A stretch of 59,091 nt of DNA from a virus (IMGVR_UViG_3300035673_000004:1-59091), one strand, 5' to 3'; positions 1-9,903 are shown, numbered from the stretch's first letter. Notes: generated by a model from the letters alone, not told the origin. Program-made: numbers and translations.

Positions 1-382
<382 letters not shown>

Positions 383-386
<4 letters not shown>

Positions 387-679
387 CGGCCTCGCGAGCA
401 CTTCTAACAGTGCTTGCGACCGTCGCTCTATCATTTGCGTGGCCGATTGCGGTCGGCCACGCAGCCTGTCCGGAACGGCCGGCCTGCACGGGATGCGGCT
501 GCAAAGGTGGTCCCGGATATCGTGATGGTCCGGGCGGGCAATGCGTAGGCTTCGCCGAACTCGACAAGGTCTGCGGAAACCCGCCGACACGTTGCATCTT
601 CGAAAATTCCCCGGGGACAGGCGCAAATCGCGAATGCGCTTTGGCGTTGCGTCGACACTCAAAAAAGAGTCCCGATTGA
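383..679 (+). CDS. Small secreted Cys-rich protein
   Basis: Signal-peptide-like N-terminus ending GHA; [13 protein letters not shown] motif; GTG start overlaps tuf stop (GTGA). Confidence 0.7.
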
Positions 680-842
680 TCTTCGACCAATCGCGATGCG
701 GTACGCTGGTTCACCACACCAATAAGTTGCAGTACCGCGCAACAATGGCCGCGAAACAATTAAAGATAGACAAACCTTTCCCTGCTACTTTATTTCTGCA
801 CTCGGGCTGAGTGAAGAATAACGGACGCTGGGGGAACTTCAC

Positions 843-1457
843 GTGGGGACAATCTTGGGGAGGGCACGGCTTGCCGTGCTTGTGGGCGCGCTCGCATTGA
901 CGGGCTGCGTGACAACAACTGAAAATTCGCTGTCGAAAAACGATATTACAGCTATGAAGCTGACCGGCGTCACCGTCAGCTACGCGCCGGACGCCAGTAT
1001 CCAGTGGGACGACGGCATCCGCGCCTACGCCGCGTCGAAGGGGATCGTCGATGACGTGGCCTCCGCGACCAATACGCCCGAAGGCAAGGCCTACGTCCAG
1101 AACATGCTGGCGTCGCGTGTCAAGAGCGGGGTGGAGCGGCAGATGGCCGGACACCTCAACGGCACACGGCCAGTGCGGCTCGATATCGTGGTCCAGAGCT
1201 TTACCATCTCATCGGCGGTGCAGCGAATTGTGGTCGGCGGCGGCCATGGCATGGTCGGGGACGCCAACCTCGTCGATGTGAGAACCGGGGCTGTCATTAT
1301 CGCCTATCCCCGGCTAACGGCGTTCTTGTTTGCGGGGCAGGGAATTCTGGGAACCGCGGTCGAGGCGGCGATGACGGACGGCGGACAGACCACGCTCGGC
1401 CGCATTGTCGATGAGTATGGCAGAAGCTATCGCGAATGGCTGCTGCGCAGAGCATAG
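843..1457 (+). CDS. Hypothetical lipoprotein
   Basis: Hydrophobic leader with lipobox LTGC; GGGGA RBS upstream. Confidence 0.8.
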   Translation: MGTILGRARLAVLVGALALTGCVTTTENSLSKNDITAMKLTGVTVSYAPDASIQWDDGIRAYAASKGIVDDVASATNTPEGKAYVQNMLASRVKSGVERQMAGHLNGTRPVRLDIVVQSFTISSAVQRIVVGGGHGMVGDANLVDVRTGAVIIAYPRLTAFLFAGQGILGTAVEAAMTDGGQTTLGRIVDEYGRSYREWLLRRA

Positions 1458-1570
1458 CCACGAGGCGTCGGCGCCGCAGGCTGCGGCCGAATTCGCCCGG
1501 CTTCGCCCTTGCTTTCCGGGCCCGCCCTATGCTTGAAACGGCGCGGATCGGTGGCGACGCAGGTCCGTAC

Positions 1571-1646
1571 AGGAGTGTAGCTCAATTGGTAGAGCACCGG
1601 TCTCCAAAACCGGGGGTCGCAGGTTCGAGCCCTGCCACTCCTGCCA
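1571..1646 (+). tRNA. trnW: tRNA-Trp (CCA); probable prophage integration site (attL)
   Basis: 76 nt AGGAGTG...CACTCCT-G-CCA acceptor stem, D-arm GCTCAATTGGTAGAGC, anticodon loop CTCCAAA, T-loop GGTTCGAGCCC. Confidence 0.98.
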
Positions 1647-1659
1647 TCGCCTCTACATC

Positions 1660-2805
1660 CTATTGATTTGACGTTGATATTTTCGGTGCGGCAATGGGGG
1701 TGCGGCAATCGTCGTTCCCATTCTGATCCAGGTTGATCAGCGCCATGCCTTCGCCGGCCATCCGCTTTCGGTCCGCAGCGTCAGTGTACACCTTCGCCTG
1801 GCTGATCGTCGACCAATCGAACATCGCCATGAGCTGGGAAGCCGTCGCGCCATTCTCGGCCGCCAACGTCGCGCCTGCCTTTTTCAGGCCATGCGCGGAA
1901 CACTGCTCGAGCCCGGCTTCGTCGCATCGATCGCGGAACCAGTTGCCGAACCCGGCCGGAGTGAAGGGCTTGCCTTGTTTTGTCTCGAGGAACGTCATGG
2001 AGCCGCATGGGCTTGAGGCGATGATATCCGCCAGCACGGGCAGGAACGGTTTCTGCGACACGTCCCGGCGCCGGTAGAGCGTCTTTTTCGGGACATAGCG
2101 CAGCCACCCGCCGCGGACGTGCTGCTTGCCGAATGTCACCATATCCTGCCGGCGAGCGCCGGAGAACAGCAGGAGCCCTAACGCCAGCCGCGCTCTGGTT
2201 CCGTGCCCATGATGCTGGAGGAACTGCTGCACGTCCGCCACGGTCCAAGTATAGAAGCCGCCGCCCTTGATCTTTGTGACGGTTCGTACATCCCGCGCCG
2301 GGTTGCTCGAGAGGTGGTCGTGGTCGACGCCCCAGCCGCACAGCGCGGAGAGATGCTTCCGTCGATTCGCGGCCGCGCCGGGTTGCCCGGCCTTCAATTC
2401 GACCAGCCGGCGGATTTTCTGCGCTGTCACATATTTCAGCGGACAGTTGCCCATTGGGTCTGAATCGTCGTCCGCCCGCGGCTCTCGAAAGCACTCCTCG
2501 AGGCAGTTGCGCCGCGCTCGCTGGCTTTCCTTGGCCAGTTTCGGGAATTCCTTCGAGGTGAAGTATTTGGCGCCCAGCCAGCCAAGCGAGCCTTTGGGGT
2601 GAGCCGTCAGAACGGCGGGGCTGTTTGATGGCGCCCGGCTGTCCAAGCGCTCGAGAGCTTCGCTGTACGCCTTGGCGAACGCCGCGGTCCCTTCGTCGGC
2701 TTTGATCCTGACCCGTCGCCCATGCCGGCGAACGTAGACCCTGGCATTGCCGTGGCGATCCGTGTCGCGCTCGAGATAGGGCAGGCTGGTTTCCATGTTC
2801 GTCAC
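1660..2805 (-). CDS. int: Phage tyrosine integrase
   Basis: LLFSGARRQD (catalytic R), PKKT, SAHGLKKAG, FDW and VYT (catalytic Y); GTG start overlaps the upstream stop, GGAGG RBS. Confidence 0.93.
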   Translation of the reverse strand: MTNMETSLPYLERDTDRHGNARVYVRRHGRRVRIKADEGTAAFAKAYSEALERLDSRAPSNSPAVLTAHPKGSLGWLGAKYFTSKEFPKLAKESQRARRNCLEECFREPRADDDSDPMGNCPLKYVTAQKIRRLVELKAGQPGAAANRRKHLSALCGWGVDHDHLSSNPARDVRTVTKIKGGGFYTWTVADVQQFLQHHGHGTRARLALGLLLFSGARRQDMVTFGKQHVRGGWLRYVPKKTLYRRRDVSQKPFLPVLADIIASSPCGSMTFLETKQGKPFTPAGFGNWFRDRCDEAGLEQCSAHGLKKAGATLAAENGATASQLMAMFDWSTISQAKVYTDAADRKRMAGEGMALINLDQNGNDDCRTPIAAPKISTSNQ

Positions 2806-2999
2806 GCCCGCTGATCCTCCCATTTGGAGGCGGGCTCATTCTGCCCGTCCTGCGGGATCATGGAAGCGGAATCTATCGGCTTATCCCCCACGATCAGGGT
2901 GCCGTCCGTCTTTACCCCAATCACGAAGCGGCCAGCTCGCTCAATGCCTTTGATGGCTCGAGCGAGAGAAGCTTCGGTGAAAGAGAGCGCGCGCGTCAT
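2802..2999 (-). CDS. Putative excisionase / recombination directionality factor
   Basis: 65 aa, directly upstream of and coupled to int; function inferred from position. Confidence 0.6.
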   Translation of the reverse strand: MTRALSFTEASLARAIKGIERAGRFVIGVKTDGTLIVGDKPIDSASMIPQDGQNEPASKWEDQRA

Positions 3000-3072
3000 T
3001 TCCGGGATGCTCTGAGCTGGTTATGTGGCGGGGGAGGACGCGGTAAGTGCGCCGCTGAGATAGTGCAATCGA

Positions 3073-3291
3073 TCAATTTCCTTTCCTCCCAATCGAAAGG
3101 CCTCTTTGATCATTTGTGCTTCGGAAAAGGCGCGTGATTTTATCATCCACGATGTAGACGCAGGCCACTATTCGGTCTGCGGCGGCAATTCTTAGACATG
3201 GATGCTTGTCGCCGTCATAGTGATATGGGCCGGTAACCTCTACTTCCACTGGAAGGAGTCTTTCAATCTGATCCATCTCGCTCACAGCCAT
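3073..3291 (-). CDS. Phage hypothetical protein
   Basis: TGATG coupling with upstream gene. Confidence 0.55.
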   Translation of the reverse strand: MAVSEMDQIERLLPVEVEVTGPYHYDGDKHPCLRIAAADRIVACVYIVDDKITRLFRSTNDQRGLSIGRKGN

Positions 3292-3650
3292 CAGCGCTTC
3301 TCCGGGTCGTTCGGTTTCCCACCATCAATGACATTCAGGACAGGTGCGACGCTGCCGAGGGCGCCCATCTTGACCTTGTGCGGATTGATCGGACTGCAGT
3401 GCTCGCCGTGCGAGGAATATCCCGCCGCAACTGACATCGCATCTGCGAGTATGCCGATCCAGCGGTTAAATTCTTCGACCGATACAGGCTCATCCAGGCC
3501 GAAGCGTCGATCAACATAGACAGCGATCCTGCCGTCACTCGTTGGCGTCACGGTGACGTAGGGCACCTTGTATCCGTTGATAGTCACGAAATGCTCGGGC
3601 AGAAATGGCCCGACGATCTCCGGGTAAAATGGGCCGCGTTCTTCAGTCAT
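3291..3650 (-). CDS. Phage hypothetical protein
   Basis: ATG 3650 with AAGGAG RBS; operon packing. Confidence 0.7.
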   Translation of the reverse strand: MTEERGPFYPEIVGPFLPEHFVTINGYKVPYVTVTPTSDGRIAVYVDRRFGLDEPVSVEEFNRWIGILADAMSVAAGYSSHGEHCSPINPHKVKMGALGSVAPVLNVIDGGKPNDPEKR

Positions 3651-3651
3651 C

Positions 3652-3825
3652 CTACCGCTCCTTCCGCTGTACGTGAGGGGAAATTGCACGGAAGCCCGGT
3701 TGATTAGGATTGCTCACGGGGCCGACGTAGTTACATGCATCGCAGACCAGCGAATCTGTGAATGGTTTTCTGGCGCGTTCAACAGTGACGTTCGAACTCA
3801 AGCATCTAGGGCAGCATATTTTCAC
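3652..3825 (-). CDS. Small zinc-ribbon protein (57 aa, not in ORF track)
   Basis: Hand translation MKICCPRCLSS...VCDACNY, two CxxC pairs; GTGA coupling. Confidence 0.6.
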   Translation of the reverse strand: MKICCPRCLSSNVTVERARKPFTDSLVCDACNYVGPVSNPNQPGFRAISPHVQRKER

Positions 3826-4148
3826 TTCGCCGCTCCCGTCTCACTGGATAGGGGAGAGGCGGATGGCGCTCGAATCTGCTTTATTGTTATCTTCCAGTCG
3901 CCAGCGTCAGCGCCTTCGAGGGTGACATCTGACAACGTCATCTTCAACGTTCCGGCGTTGCTATCATGCGCTTGCTTTATAAGTTGTGAGCAGGCCATGA
4001 ACGATAGGCCGACGACAAGGCGAGACTTTTCTGTCCACGTCTTGTTTGCCCAATCGTCAATCCCGGAAACGAATTGCTTGAACAACTTTCCGGCTTCGGT
4101 GTCCGACAGCGCTAGCAATTCAGAGCGATGAAATTCTAGTTCGGCCAT
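3822..4148 (-). CDS. Phage hypothetical protein
   Basis: GAGGGG RBS; operon packing. Confidence 0.7.
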   Translation of the reverse strand: MAELEFHRSELLALSDTEAGKLFKQFVSGIDDWANKTWTEKSRLVVGLSFMACSQLIKQAHDSNAGTLKMTLSDVTLEGADAGDWKITIKQIRAPSASPLSSETGAAK

Positions 4149-4152
4149 CCCC

Positions 4153-4353
4153 TCAATCCTCCTTCAGGCGAGAAGCAAGGGCAGCGCGGCCGGCATCCGT
4201 TATTTTGTGCGACACCAAACCAGTCTTTTCGAGCAATCCCATGTCGCGCAACTTTTCGATGGGCCGGCGCCGTTGCATATAAGCGTCAACGCGCCCGTGC
4301 GTGGCGGCTCTTTCCAAAATTCGACGCTGCGCCTCGCTCAGCCCCTTGCTCAC
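4153..4353 (-). CDS. Small winged-helix-like protein
   Basis: LSEAQRRIL...LRDMGLLE...ITDAGRAAL pattern. Confidence 0.7.
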   Translation of the reverse strand: MSKGLSEAQRRILERAATHGRVDAYMQRRRPIEKLRDMGLLEKTGLVSHKITDAGRAALASRLKED

Positions 4354-4579
4354 GGTTTGGCTCCGGCTTTTGGCTCAGCCGCGTATAACGGCTCGCTGAT
4401 GGTGTCTGCCGGCGGCGACGATGCGCGGATCGTCCAGTGCTTTATATGTCTCCATCGCCAGCGGACGGCTGCGGGTTTGCTATCGACGACGATGTATCCC
4501 TCTTTCACCACGGCGTCCATTGTTCAGTCCGGCAATTCGCAAGCCAATCGGAAATGACAATCGTTGAAGGGCGCTTCAC
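4350..4579 (-). pseudogene. Possibly frameshifted small phage gene
   Basis: Coupled GTG start at 4579 stops after 24 codons; a second frame (MDAVVKEG..., from 4520) ends coupled to the next gene. Confidence 0.35.
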
Positions 4580-5922
4580 GGTCTCGCTCCCTGTGCGAGG
4601 GAGCGGATTAGTCCGTCAAAGGCGGCGTGTTTCGTGTCTTGGTTACAAAGGAAATTCGCATCAAGCCCATTGAACCATTCGGTTGCCGCCTCAATCACAG
4701 CACCGCGTGCCGAGACCGCCGCCCGCATTTTTGCCGCTCTCGTAAAGCCTCGAATGAATGCTGCCCGCAGAGAGGATTGCTGGTTTCCAAAAGTCAGATC
4801 GACCGCGTCGGGATCAACAGTCGGATACAACTTCACGCCTTCAACAAACGCGATCGCATCAAGTGTCGCGCCGGGATGATCTGGCCACGCCTCCGAGACC
4901 GTCGCATCCGGCGCGGGGGAGCAAACACCGCGCGCGTATTCGAGTGCCGCCTTCCAACCTTGACGCGCCGCGTAGGTCCTATTATCCAAAAATAAATAGT
5001 GCAGCGGATGCTCGCGCATATCATAGCAGTTCTTGGCGGCCCATTCTTCAAATTTCAATTGCTCACCTTTGCAGGACTCCAGCGTCTCCCGCGTCACCCC
5101 GACTGCGGCACTCGATTGAACGGGGAGGGAGAGGATGGCGTCGGCAAATTCGCGAATGTCTTGGCGTGCTGCGGTCGGAATCAGTTGCAGCGCCGGATCG
5201 CTTTGTTTCAGCCACGCCCCCAGATGAGCCTCGGCAAGTTTGATAGTCGCCTCACGGTCCCTGACTGGCGGGGCAGCGGAGACCGGGGCTGAGCGCAGGG
5301 CAAGCACAGCGAATCTTAAGTCGTCGCATATCTCTTTCCCCAAGAGATAGCCGATGCTTCGTGTATATCCATCAATCCTGTCCGCCAGCGCGCTCCGCAC
5401 ATCGTCTGGCTCTGCCGCTGCGGGGGAGGAGGTGAGGGTGGAAAGCACGCATGACGGGTTGTGCCGTTCGTTGTATTTAAACGGCTCCTCCCATTCCGCG
5501 TTGCACAGAATACAATGGCCACCATTTGGAACATGACCGCCACCGTAGGCAAGTCTCACCCCCTGCTTGATGGCGAGCCTGCGTAGCGCAGCAATCAGCG
5601 TACCATCGGGTGGCGGCACGGGCGCGGAGAGGGCTTTATCGGCGATTTCATAAACTTGCCGACAGGCGCGGTATGGACCCATTTGAGCATCGCCAGAAAT
5701 TTCCGCATAGTTGGCAGCCTTGCGCTTGATCCATTGCAGCGCGTCCCGCATCGCATCTGGCGCGGGCTTCTGTGGTGCGCTCTCGAAATACTTTGCGACC
5801 ATTGTTTTGATTTCATAAAGGCACGTCGTATCGCAGGCCGGTCGCCATTCGCGGTGTCTGTCTGGAAATGTGCTCGTTTGCGCGATCTTCAAAATCTCGC
5901 GGAGCAGATCGTCGGTTGTCAT
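4576..5922 (-). CDS. Mosaic multi-domain phage hypothetical protein
   Basis: 448 aa from ATG 5922 (ATGA coupling); short domains separated by Pro/Ala-rich linkers. Confidence 0.75.
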   Translation of the reverse strand: MTTDDLLREILKIAQTSTFPDRHREWRPACDTTCLYEIKTMVAKYFESAPQKPAPDAMRDALQWIKRKAANYAEISGDAQMGPYRACRQVYEIADKALSAPVPPPDGTLIAALRRLAIKQGVRLAYGGGHVPNGGHCILCNAEWEEPFKYNERHNPSCVLSTLTSSPAAAEPDDVRSALADRIDGYTRSIGYLLGKEICDDLRFAVLALRSAPVSAAPPVRDREATIKLAEAHLGAWLKQSDPALQLIPTAARQDIREFADAILSLPVQSSAAVGVTRETLESCKGEQLKFEEWAAKNCYDMREHPLHYLFLDNRTYAARQGWKAALEYARGVCSPAPDATVSEAWPDHPGATLDAIAFVEGVKLYPTVDPDAVDLTFGNQQSSLRAAFIRGFTRAAKMRAAVSARGAVIEAATEWFNGLDANFLCNQDTKHAAFDGLIRSLAQGARP

Positions 5923-6035
5923 TGTTGGCGGCCTTTGTGATAATCGTAAATTATTTTGTTGATCTGCCGACGCTCCCACAAAGCGATTAGAAGCGCAGCA
6001 AATCCGAAAGCTAAAAGACCGAATACCCAAGCCAT
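5919..6035 (-). CDS. Small single-pass membrane protein (38 aa)
   Basis: MAWVFGLLAFGFAALLIALWERR...; AAGGAG RBS; coupled to next gene. Confidence 0.6.
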   Translation of the reverse strand: MAWVFGLLAFGFAALLIALWERRQINKIIYDYHKGRQQ

Positions 6036-6098
6036 CTCAATCTCCTTTGCATTTGATGGTGCGAAAAGAGTGCTGGCTGCGGCTCAGCTTATGACTGG

Positions 6099-6533
6099 TC
6101 ATGGGCGGATATCCAGAGTTGCACGGGCGCGGAGGATGGCAGAGCACATGTTCAACGGTAGAGGACGGTTGCCTTCCGCTTTCCATTCGTTGTTGGGGTC
6201 AATCGCGAGCGGCCCGCGTCTCCAGTCCCAAATTCTGCAGCGTGTAAATCGAAGCTCAGGCGAACTCGCAGGCACTGCAGATTCGCAAAGCTCAATACTC
6301 ATCCAATCGAGTCGCAGTGTCATCGCAACGTCGAGTGAGGCGGTGTAGAGTGGCGGCGGATCATATGCGCAATGGTCGTTCGGGTCCTGCCGATGCCATA
6401 CTTCATCGTCACCGAAGGTTGTCCACATATCCTCCTCGCGCTGCTCTAGCGCCTTGAAGATCAGGCCATCGGTCTCCCTGCACGGCCCCGTCAGCTTCTC
6501 ACACTGTTCTGCTAGCTCGATAAGGGTTGTCAT
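6099..6533 (-). CDS. Phage hypothetical protein
   Basis: TGPCRETDGLI...YTASLDVAMTL; ATGA coupling. Confidence 0.75.
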   Translation of the reverse strand: MTTLIELAEQCEKLTGPCRETDGLIFKALEQREEDMWTTFGDDEVWHRQDPNDHCAYDPPPLYTASLDVAMTLRLDWMSIELCESAVPASSPELRFTRCRIWDWRRGPLAIDPNNEWKAEGNRPLPLNMCSAILRARATLDIRP

Positions 6534-6709
6534 GCAGGAGCCCCCGCGCGCGAATATTTATTTGTGCCATGCGGCGTCATGATCTCCGGCGCGTGCTGAG
6601 AAACTACTTGTTGAACTCTCTGCATTGAAATTTTTAGCCTGCGACCCGCAGTCCGCAGATTTCGGCACCGCCGATAGACCGCAACTATCTGTTGCTGACG
6701 TTTCGTCAT
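6530..6709 (-). CDS. Small HTH-like protein (59 aa, not in ORF track)
   Basis: Hand translation ...NLRTAGRRLKISMQRVQQVV...; ATGA overlaps at both ends. Confidence 0.6.
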   Translation of the reverse strand: MTKRQQQIVAVYRRCRNLRTAGRRLKISMQRVQQVVSQHAPEIMTPHGTNKYSRAGAPA

Positions 6710-7080
6710 GTCCGGCGTTCCACAGTACCGTCCATGCGTTTGCGGAAGCCGGAGCCGCGAGAGCCTGGCATTGGACGGCCTTTACGCAGCGATATACCGA
6801 CGCCCTTCGCTGTCTTGCGATAGACCGCAGACTTAAGCGCCACATCAACGGCTGTTTTGGTTTTGTCGCAGGCCTCGTGTATCGGCCCTAGGTTGGTTTC
6901 GCGGTTCTCGCCTCCGTTGATGAGTGCGGTTCTATGATCGCAAATCCATCGCTTGTTCGATATCTTGTTCGTGCATTCCTGACATCTCCGGTCAAATCGC
7001 AAGAGTACGCGCAACCGAACGTGCGGCGGGACCGCAGTATCGTCAGTTTTGCCAATCCACTCTTCGACGCTGCGGGCCAT
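6706..7080 (-). CDS. HNH endonuclease
   Basis: CQEC...CDHRTALINGGENRETNL...HEACDKTKT. Confidence 0.85.
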   Translation of the reverse strand: MARSVEEWIGKTDDTAVPPHVRLRVLLRFDRRCQECTNKISNKRWICDHRTALINGGENRETNLGPIHEACDKTKTAVDVALKSAVYRKTAKGVGISLRKGRPMPGSRGSGFRKRMDGTVERRT

Positions 7081-7328
7081 CAGGCCCTCCGCAGAATATT
7101 GAGCGATGCGGCTTGTTCGTCGATGGCGCGACGCCATGCCTGCGTTGGAACGCCCTTACTTTCACGCAAGGCTTTGGCGGCAATCTCACCGGCCGTGTCG
7201 CCATGATCCTTGAGGCTCTTTCGCAGCGCGTCGTGGCTATACCGTTCAAACGCCAGATTCGCGCGAAGGTCGCGGATTTCTTCAAGGGCTTTCGAGAATT
7301 CGTCCCGGTTGATCAAAACGACCTCCAC
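7080..7328 (-). CDS. Phage hypothetical protein
   Basis: Coupled ORF in leftward operon. Confidence 0.55.
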   Translation of the reverse strand: MEVVLINRDEFSKALEEIRDLRANLAFERYSHDALRKSLKDHGDTAGEIAAKALRESKGVPTQAWRRAIDEQAASLNILRRA

Positions 7329-7474
7329 GCGCGGCGGGAGGCGGCATCAGCTACGGCTGTCTTGCGATCCTCCCACCAGCGGATAATGCGCAGCACCGCC
7401 ACGAGAACGATCCCCGCAACAATAAAGCCGCTGAAGGCCGGATATGCGAACAGGATGCTGTGAACGGTCTCCAT
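7313..7474 (-). CDS. Small membrane protein
   Basis: One TM segment; TGATG coupling. Confidence 0.55.
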   Translation of the reverse strand: METVHSILFAYPAFSGFIVAGIVLVAVLRIIRWWEDRKTAVADAASRRAWRSF

Positions 7475-7713
7475 CACCGGCACGCCTTTTTCGACATCGC
7501 CGCAGCCACGCAAGCAGTAAGTCTGTCGTAATCATCTCCGAACGCCATGGTTCGGTCGTATGCCGTGAACGCATCGACGTGGGCGTGACGCAGAGATGTG
7601 TAGAAATTGTCCATCGCCTCGCGCCTGTGCTGCGACCGCGTCTCGCAATAAAGCGTGCGGCCGCCTGAGGCTTGAGGAGTCACGCTGCGGAATGGGATGA
7701 CTTCTGCGGTCAT
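7474..7713 (-). CDS. Phage hypothetical protein
   Basis: MTAEVIPF start; coupled. Confidence 0.6.
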   Translation of the reverse strand: MTAEVIPFRSVTPQASGGRTLYCETRSQHRREAMDNFYTSLRHAHVDAFTAYDRTMAFGDDYDRLTACVAAAMSKKACR

Positions 7714-8225
7714 GCGAAATAATTCCTCGGCGCGACGGGTTTGCGGCTAAAGCGGGTCCGGAATCGGCGCGGCCTGTTCTCTTCCGCTAGAGCTTGCCTC
7801 ACGCCGCTGATGCGCGCCTGAATGAGCTTCCATGCCGCGCGCTCTTCGTCGGTCCACTTCACCGCTTTCGTCAGGCCCGGAATGTTCGCCTGCGCCATGT
7901 GCCGGTCGATTGCAATCCAGGCCTTCATGGTCGTGAGAATGAAGCGATCACCTTCGCGTTGGACAATCTTGATTTGTGATTTTGGAATGCAGACGGCCTT
8001 CGAATCGTCACCATCGCACGACGCCCAAATTGACCGGGGTGTTTCACGACTCGGGACCGTCACCAGGGCGAGAACGATTGTCTCGTATCGCCGCCGGCCG
8101 TAGAAGGTTACAGGCGTGTGTTGGGCTGCAACGATGTCAGCCGCAACCGCATCAACGGCGTCCCGCCTCACGTCGAGATCGGCGCGAAACTCTTCGTCTG
8201 ACATGCGGGCGCGGGCTGCGGTCAT
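7710..8225 (-). CDS. Phage hypothetical protein
   Basis: ATG 8225, ATGA coupling. Confidence 0.65.
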   Translation of the reverse strand: MTAARARMSDEEFRADLDVRRDAVDAVAADIVAAQHTPVTFYGRRRYETIVLALVTVPSRETPRSIWASCDGDDSKAVCIPKSQIKIVQREGDRFILTTMKAWIAIDRHMAQANIPGLTKAVKWTDEERAAWKLIQARISGVRQALAEENRPRRFRTRFSRKPVAPRNYFA

Positions 8226-8602
8226 GCTGCACCGGCCTTGGCGGGTCCGAATGCGCCGCAGAATCCAAGTTCCGGCTGCGCAGGTTTGGTTTCTCGCGAC
8301 CAAATGTTCCAAGCGTAGGCCGCGTGACCTTCTTCAGGCTCGTCTACGCCAGACGATTTGATGGTCCAGCCCTCGCCAACGGGACCGGAGGGCTGTGCGA
8401 GTTCTCTTTCCTCAACAACAGCGGCAACTTTCTTACTAAAGACCCGCCACGCCATGCATGCGGATGCGATGCACATTGATGCAGGCTCGCCGTTTGGCTT
8501 CAGATTGGCTCCAGCGGCAAGTAACGTCTCGCCGTCATTCCAGACTATCGCGCGGGATAGCGGACACCACTTCGTTTTCGCCTCGGCTTCGGTGTACATC
8601 AT
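8222..8602 (-). CDS. Phage hypothetical protein (Cys-motif family)
   Basis: KTKWCP...CIASACMAWR...GFCG. Confidence 0.75.
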   Translation of the reverse strand: MMYTEAEAKTKWCPLSRAIVWNDGETLLAAGANLKPNGEPASMCIASACMAWRVFSKKVAAVVEERELAQPSGPVGEGWTIKSSGVDEPEEGHAAYAWNIWSRETKPAQPELGFCGAFGPAKAGAA

Positions 8603-8997
8603 GCCGACTCCCGCGCTTTGCGTTCTAGCTCGCGGTAATGCTCGGCTTCCGCCTCAGCCTCTTCGGCGCGCAAGCGGTTGACATGCTCTTGGTCAGTCCA
8701 AACGACCTTCCCAATTCCGCCATCTATAATCCGCGCGCCTCGCGGGTCGTCGTTGTTCTGTAGATTAGGAACGGTCCACCAAAACGGTCCGCGCAATTCC
8801 ATTTTGGCGACGGTGATTTGCCAAACCTTTGAGCACCCTTCGCCGTTATGCGGGTTGCGGCCGGGCTTCCAGTGGAGTCGCTTTGTGGCCTCAATGAAAG
8901 TGGCTACGTCGGATTCCGATACGAGGAACGATGTCGGCGGCGACTTCACCCAACACAGCGTCACCTTGCGGACTGTGGACAAAGGAAAATCCATCAC
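8599..8997 (-). CDS. Phage hypothetical protein
   Basis: Coupled ORF. Confidence 0.65.
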   Translation of the reverse strand: MMDFPLSTVRKVTLCWVKSPPTSFLVSESDVATFIEATKRLHWKPGRNPHNGEGCSKVWQITVAKMELRGPFWWTVPNLQNNDDPRGARIIDGGIGKVVWTDQEHVNRLRAEEAEAEAEHYRELERKARESA

Positions 8998-9203
8998 GCC
9001 ACCCTCTCGCTCGGGCCGAACGTAAACTCCCGCTCAACAACTTCCCCGTTGCATGTGCGGATGTGAATCGACGCGAGTCCGGGACGTTGCGTGACGATGT
9101 ACTCGACCGCTTCCTCTAACGTGTCGCGCGTGACGGTTTGCGATCCCGTGGTTTTTGCGCCAAGGCGATCAGGGTATTCGAAGGTGAGGGCGAAGCGGGG
9201 CAT
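8994..9203 (-). CDS. Phage hypothetical protein
   Basis: Coupled ORF. Confidence 0.6.
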   Translation of the reverse strand: MPRFALTFEYPDRLGAKTTGSQTVTRDTLEEAVEYIVTQRPGLASIHIRTCNGEVVEREFTFGPSERVA

Positions 9204-9565
9204 CAGATTTGCGCCTCCGCATAATATTTCACGAAACGCCGAAAGATGTATTCGAGCGCTTCGTCATCGTAAGCGCCGTCGAGTCCCTTTTTCATGATGG
9301 CAAGAAACGTGATTGCTGGCGGTGGTGAATCCTTGATCGCAACATGGTCAATGAGACGAAGCTTGCGGATTTTCTTAATTGCAGTCGCAAGTGCCGCGTC
9401 GTCAACCTTCGGCGCTTGCTGCATGAACTGCATCAGCTTTTGAGCGGCCCACTGCACTGGCACGTCTTGGCGAAGCTCTTCATCGCTTTCGATATGCGAA
9501 ATGTCGGTATCGCCAAGCGCCGCATCTAGCGCAGAGTGAATGGCAAGCAGGTCGGCATTCATCAC
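9203..9565 (-). CDS. Phage hypothetical protein
   Basis: GAGGAGG RBS; coupled. Confidence 0.7.
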   Translation of the reverse strand: MMNADLLAIHSALDAALGDTDISHIESDEELRQDVPVQWAAQKLMQFMQQAPKVDDAALATAIKKIRKLRLIDHVAIKDSPPPAITFLAIMKKGLDGAYDDEALEYIFRRFVKYYAEAQI

Positions 9566-9903
9566 TCGACCTCCTCAGCCAACCCGAGCGCTTCATTGAC
9601 TTGTTCGCGCGTCAGATTTGCTTCAATCGGGAGGTCGTCGCATTTCTTGCTGCAAACATCGCAAAGCAAAAGATCAGCTTGGATGGTGACCGAATACGAT
9701 AGGCTAAACCGGTCAACGGTAGTCTTGCCGCGGACTGCCCACACATAGCCGGGGCTCAGTCCGTTGCGGACTTCCTCGCGAACGAGTGACTCGAAGTCGG
9801 GGAATTCTTTGTTGTTCAGGTCGCGCCCGATATCGACTTCGATCCCAAACCTCTTGCCGCAACCTTCGCATTGACAGAGCGCATCGATCCTGACGACGGG
9901 CAT
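9562..9903 (-). CDS. Zinc-finger phage protein
   Basis: CEGC...CDVC; coupled. Confidence 0.7.
   Translation of the reverse strand: MPVVRIDALCQCEGCGKRFGIEVDIGRDLNNKEFPDFESLVREEVRNGLSPGYVWAVRGKTTVDRFSLSYSVTIQADLLLCDVCSKKCDDLPIEANLTREQVNEALGLAEEVE

Noticed and set aside
1781-2839. 352-aa ORF overlapping the integrase on the same strand
   Set aside because: Arg/Pro/Gly-rich shadow frame of GC-rich DNA; no motifs, unlike the nested MTase frame
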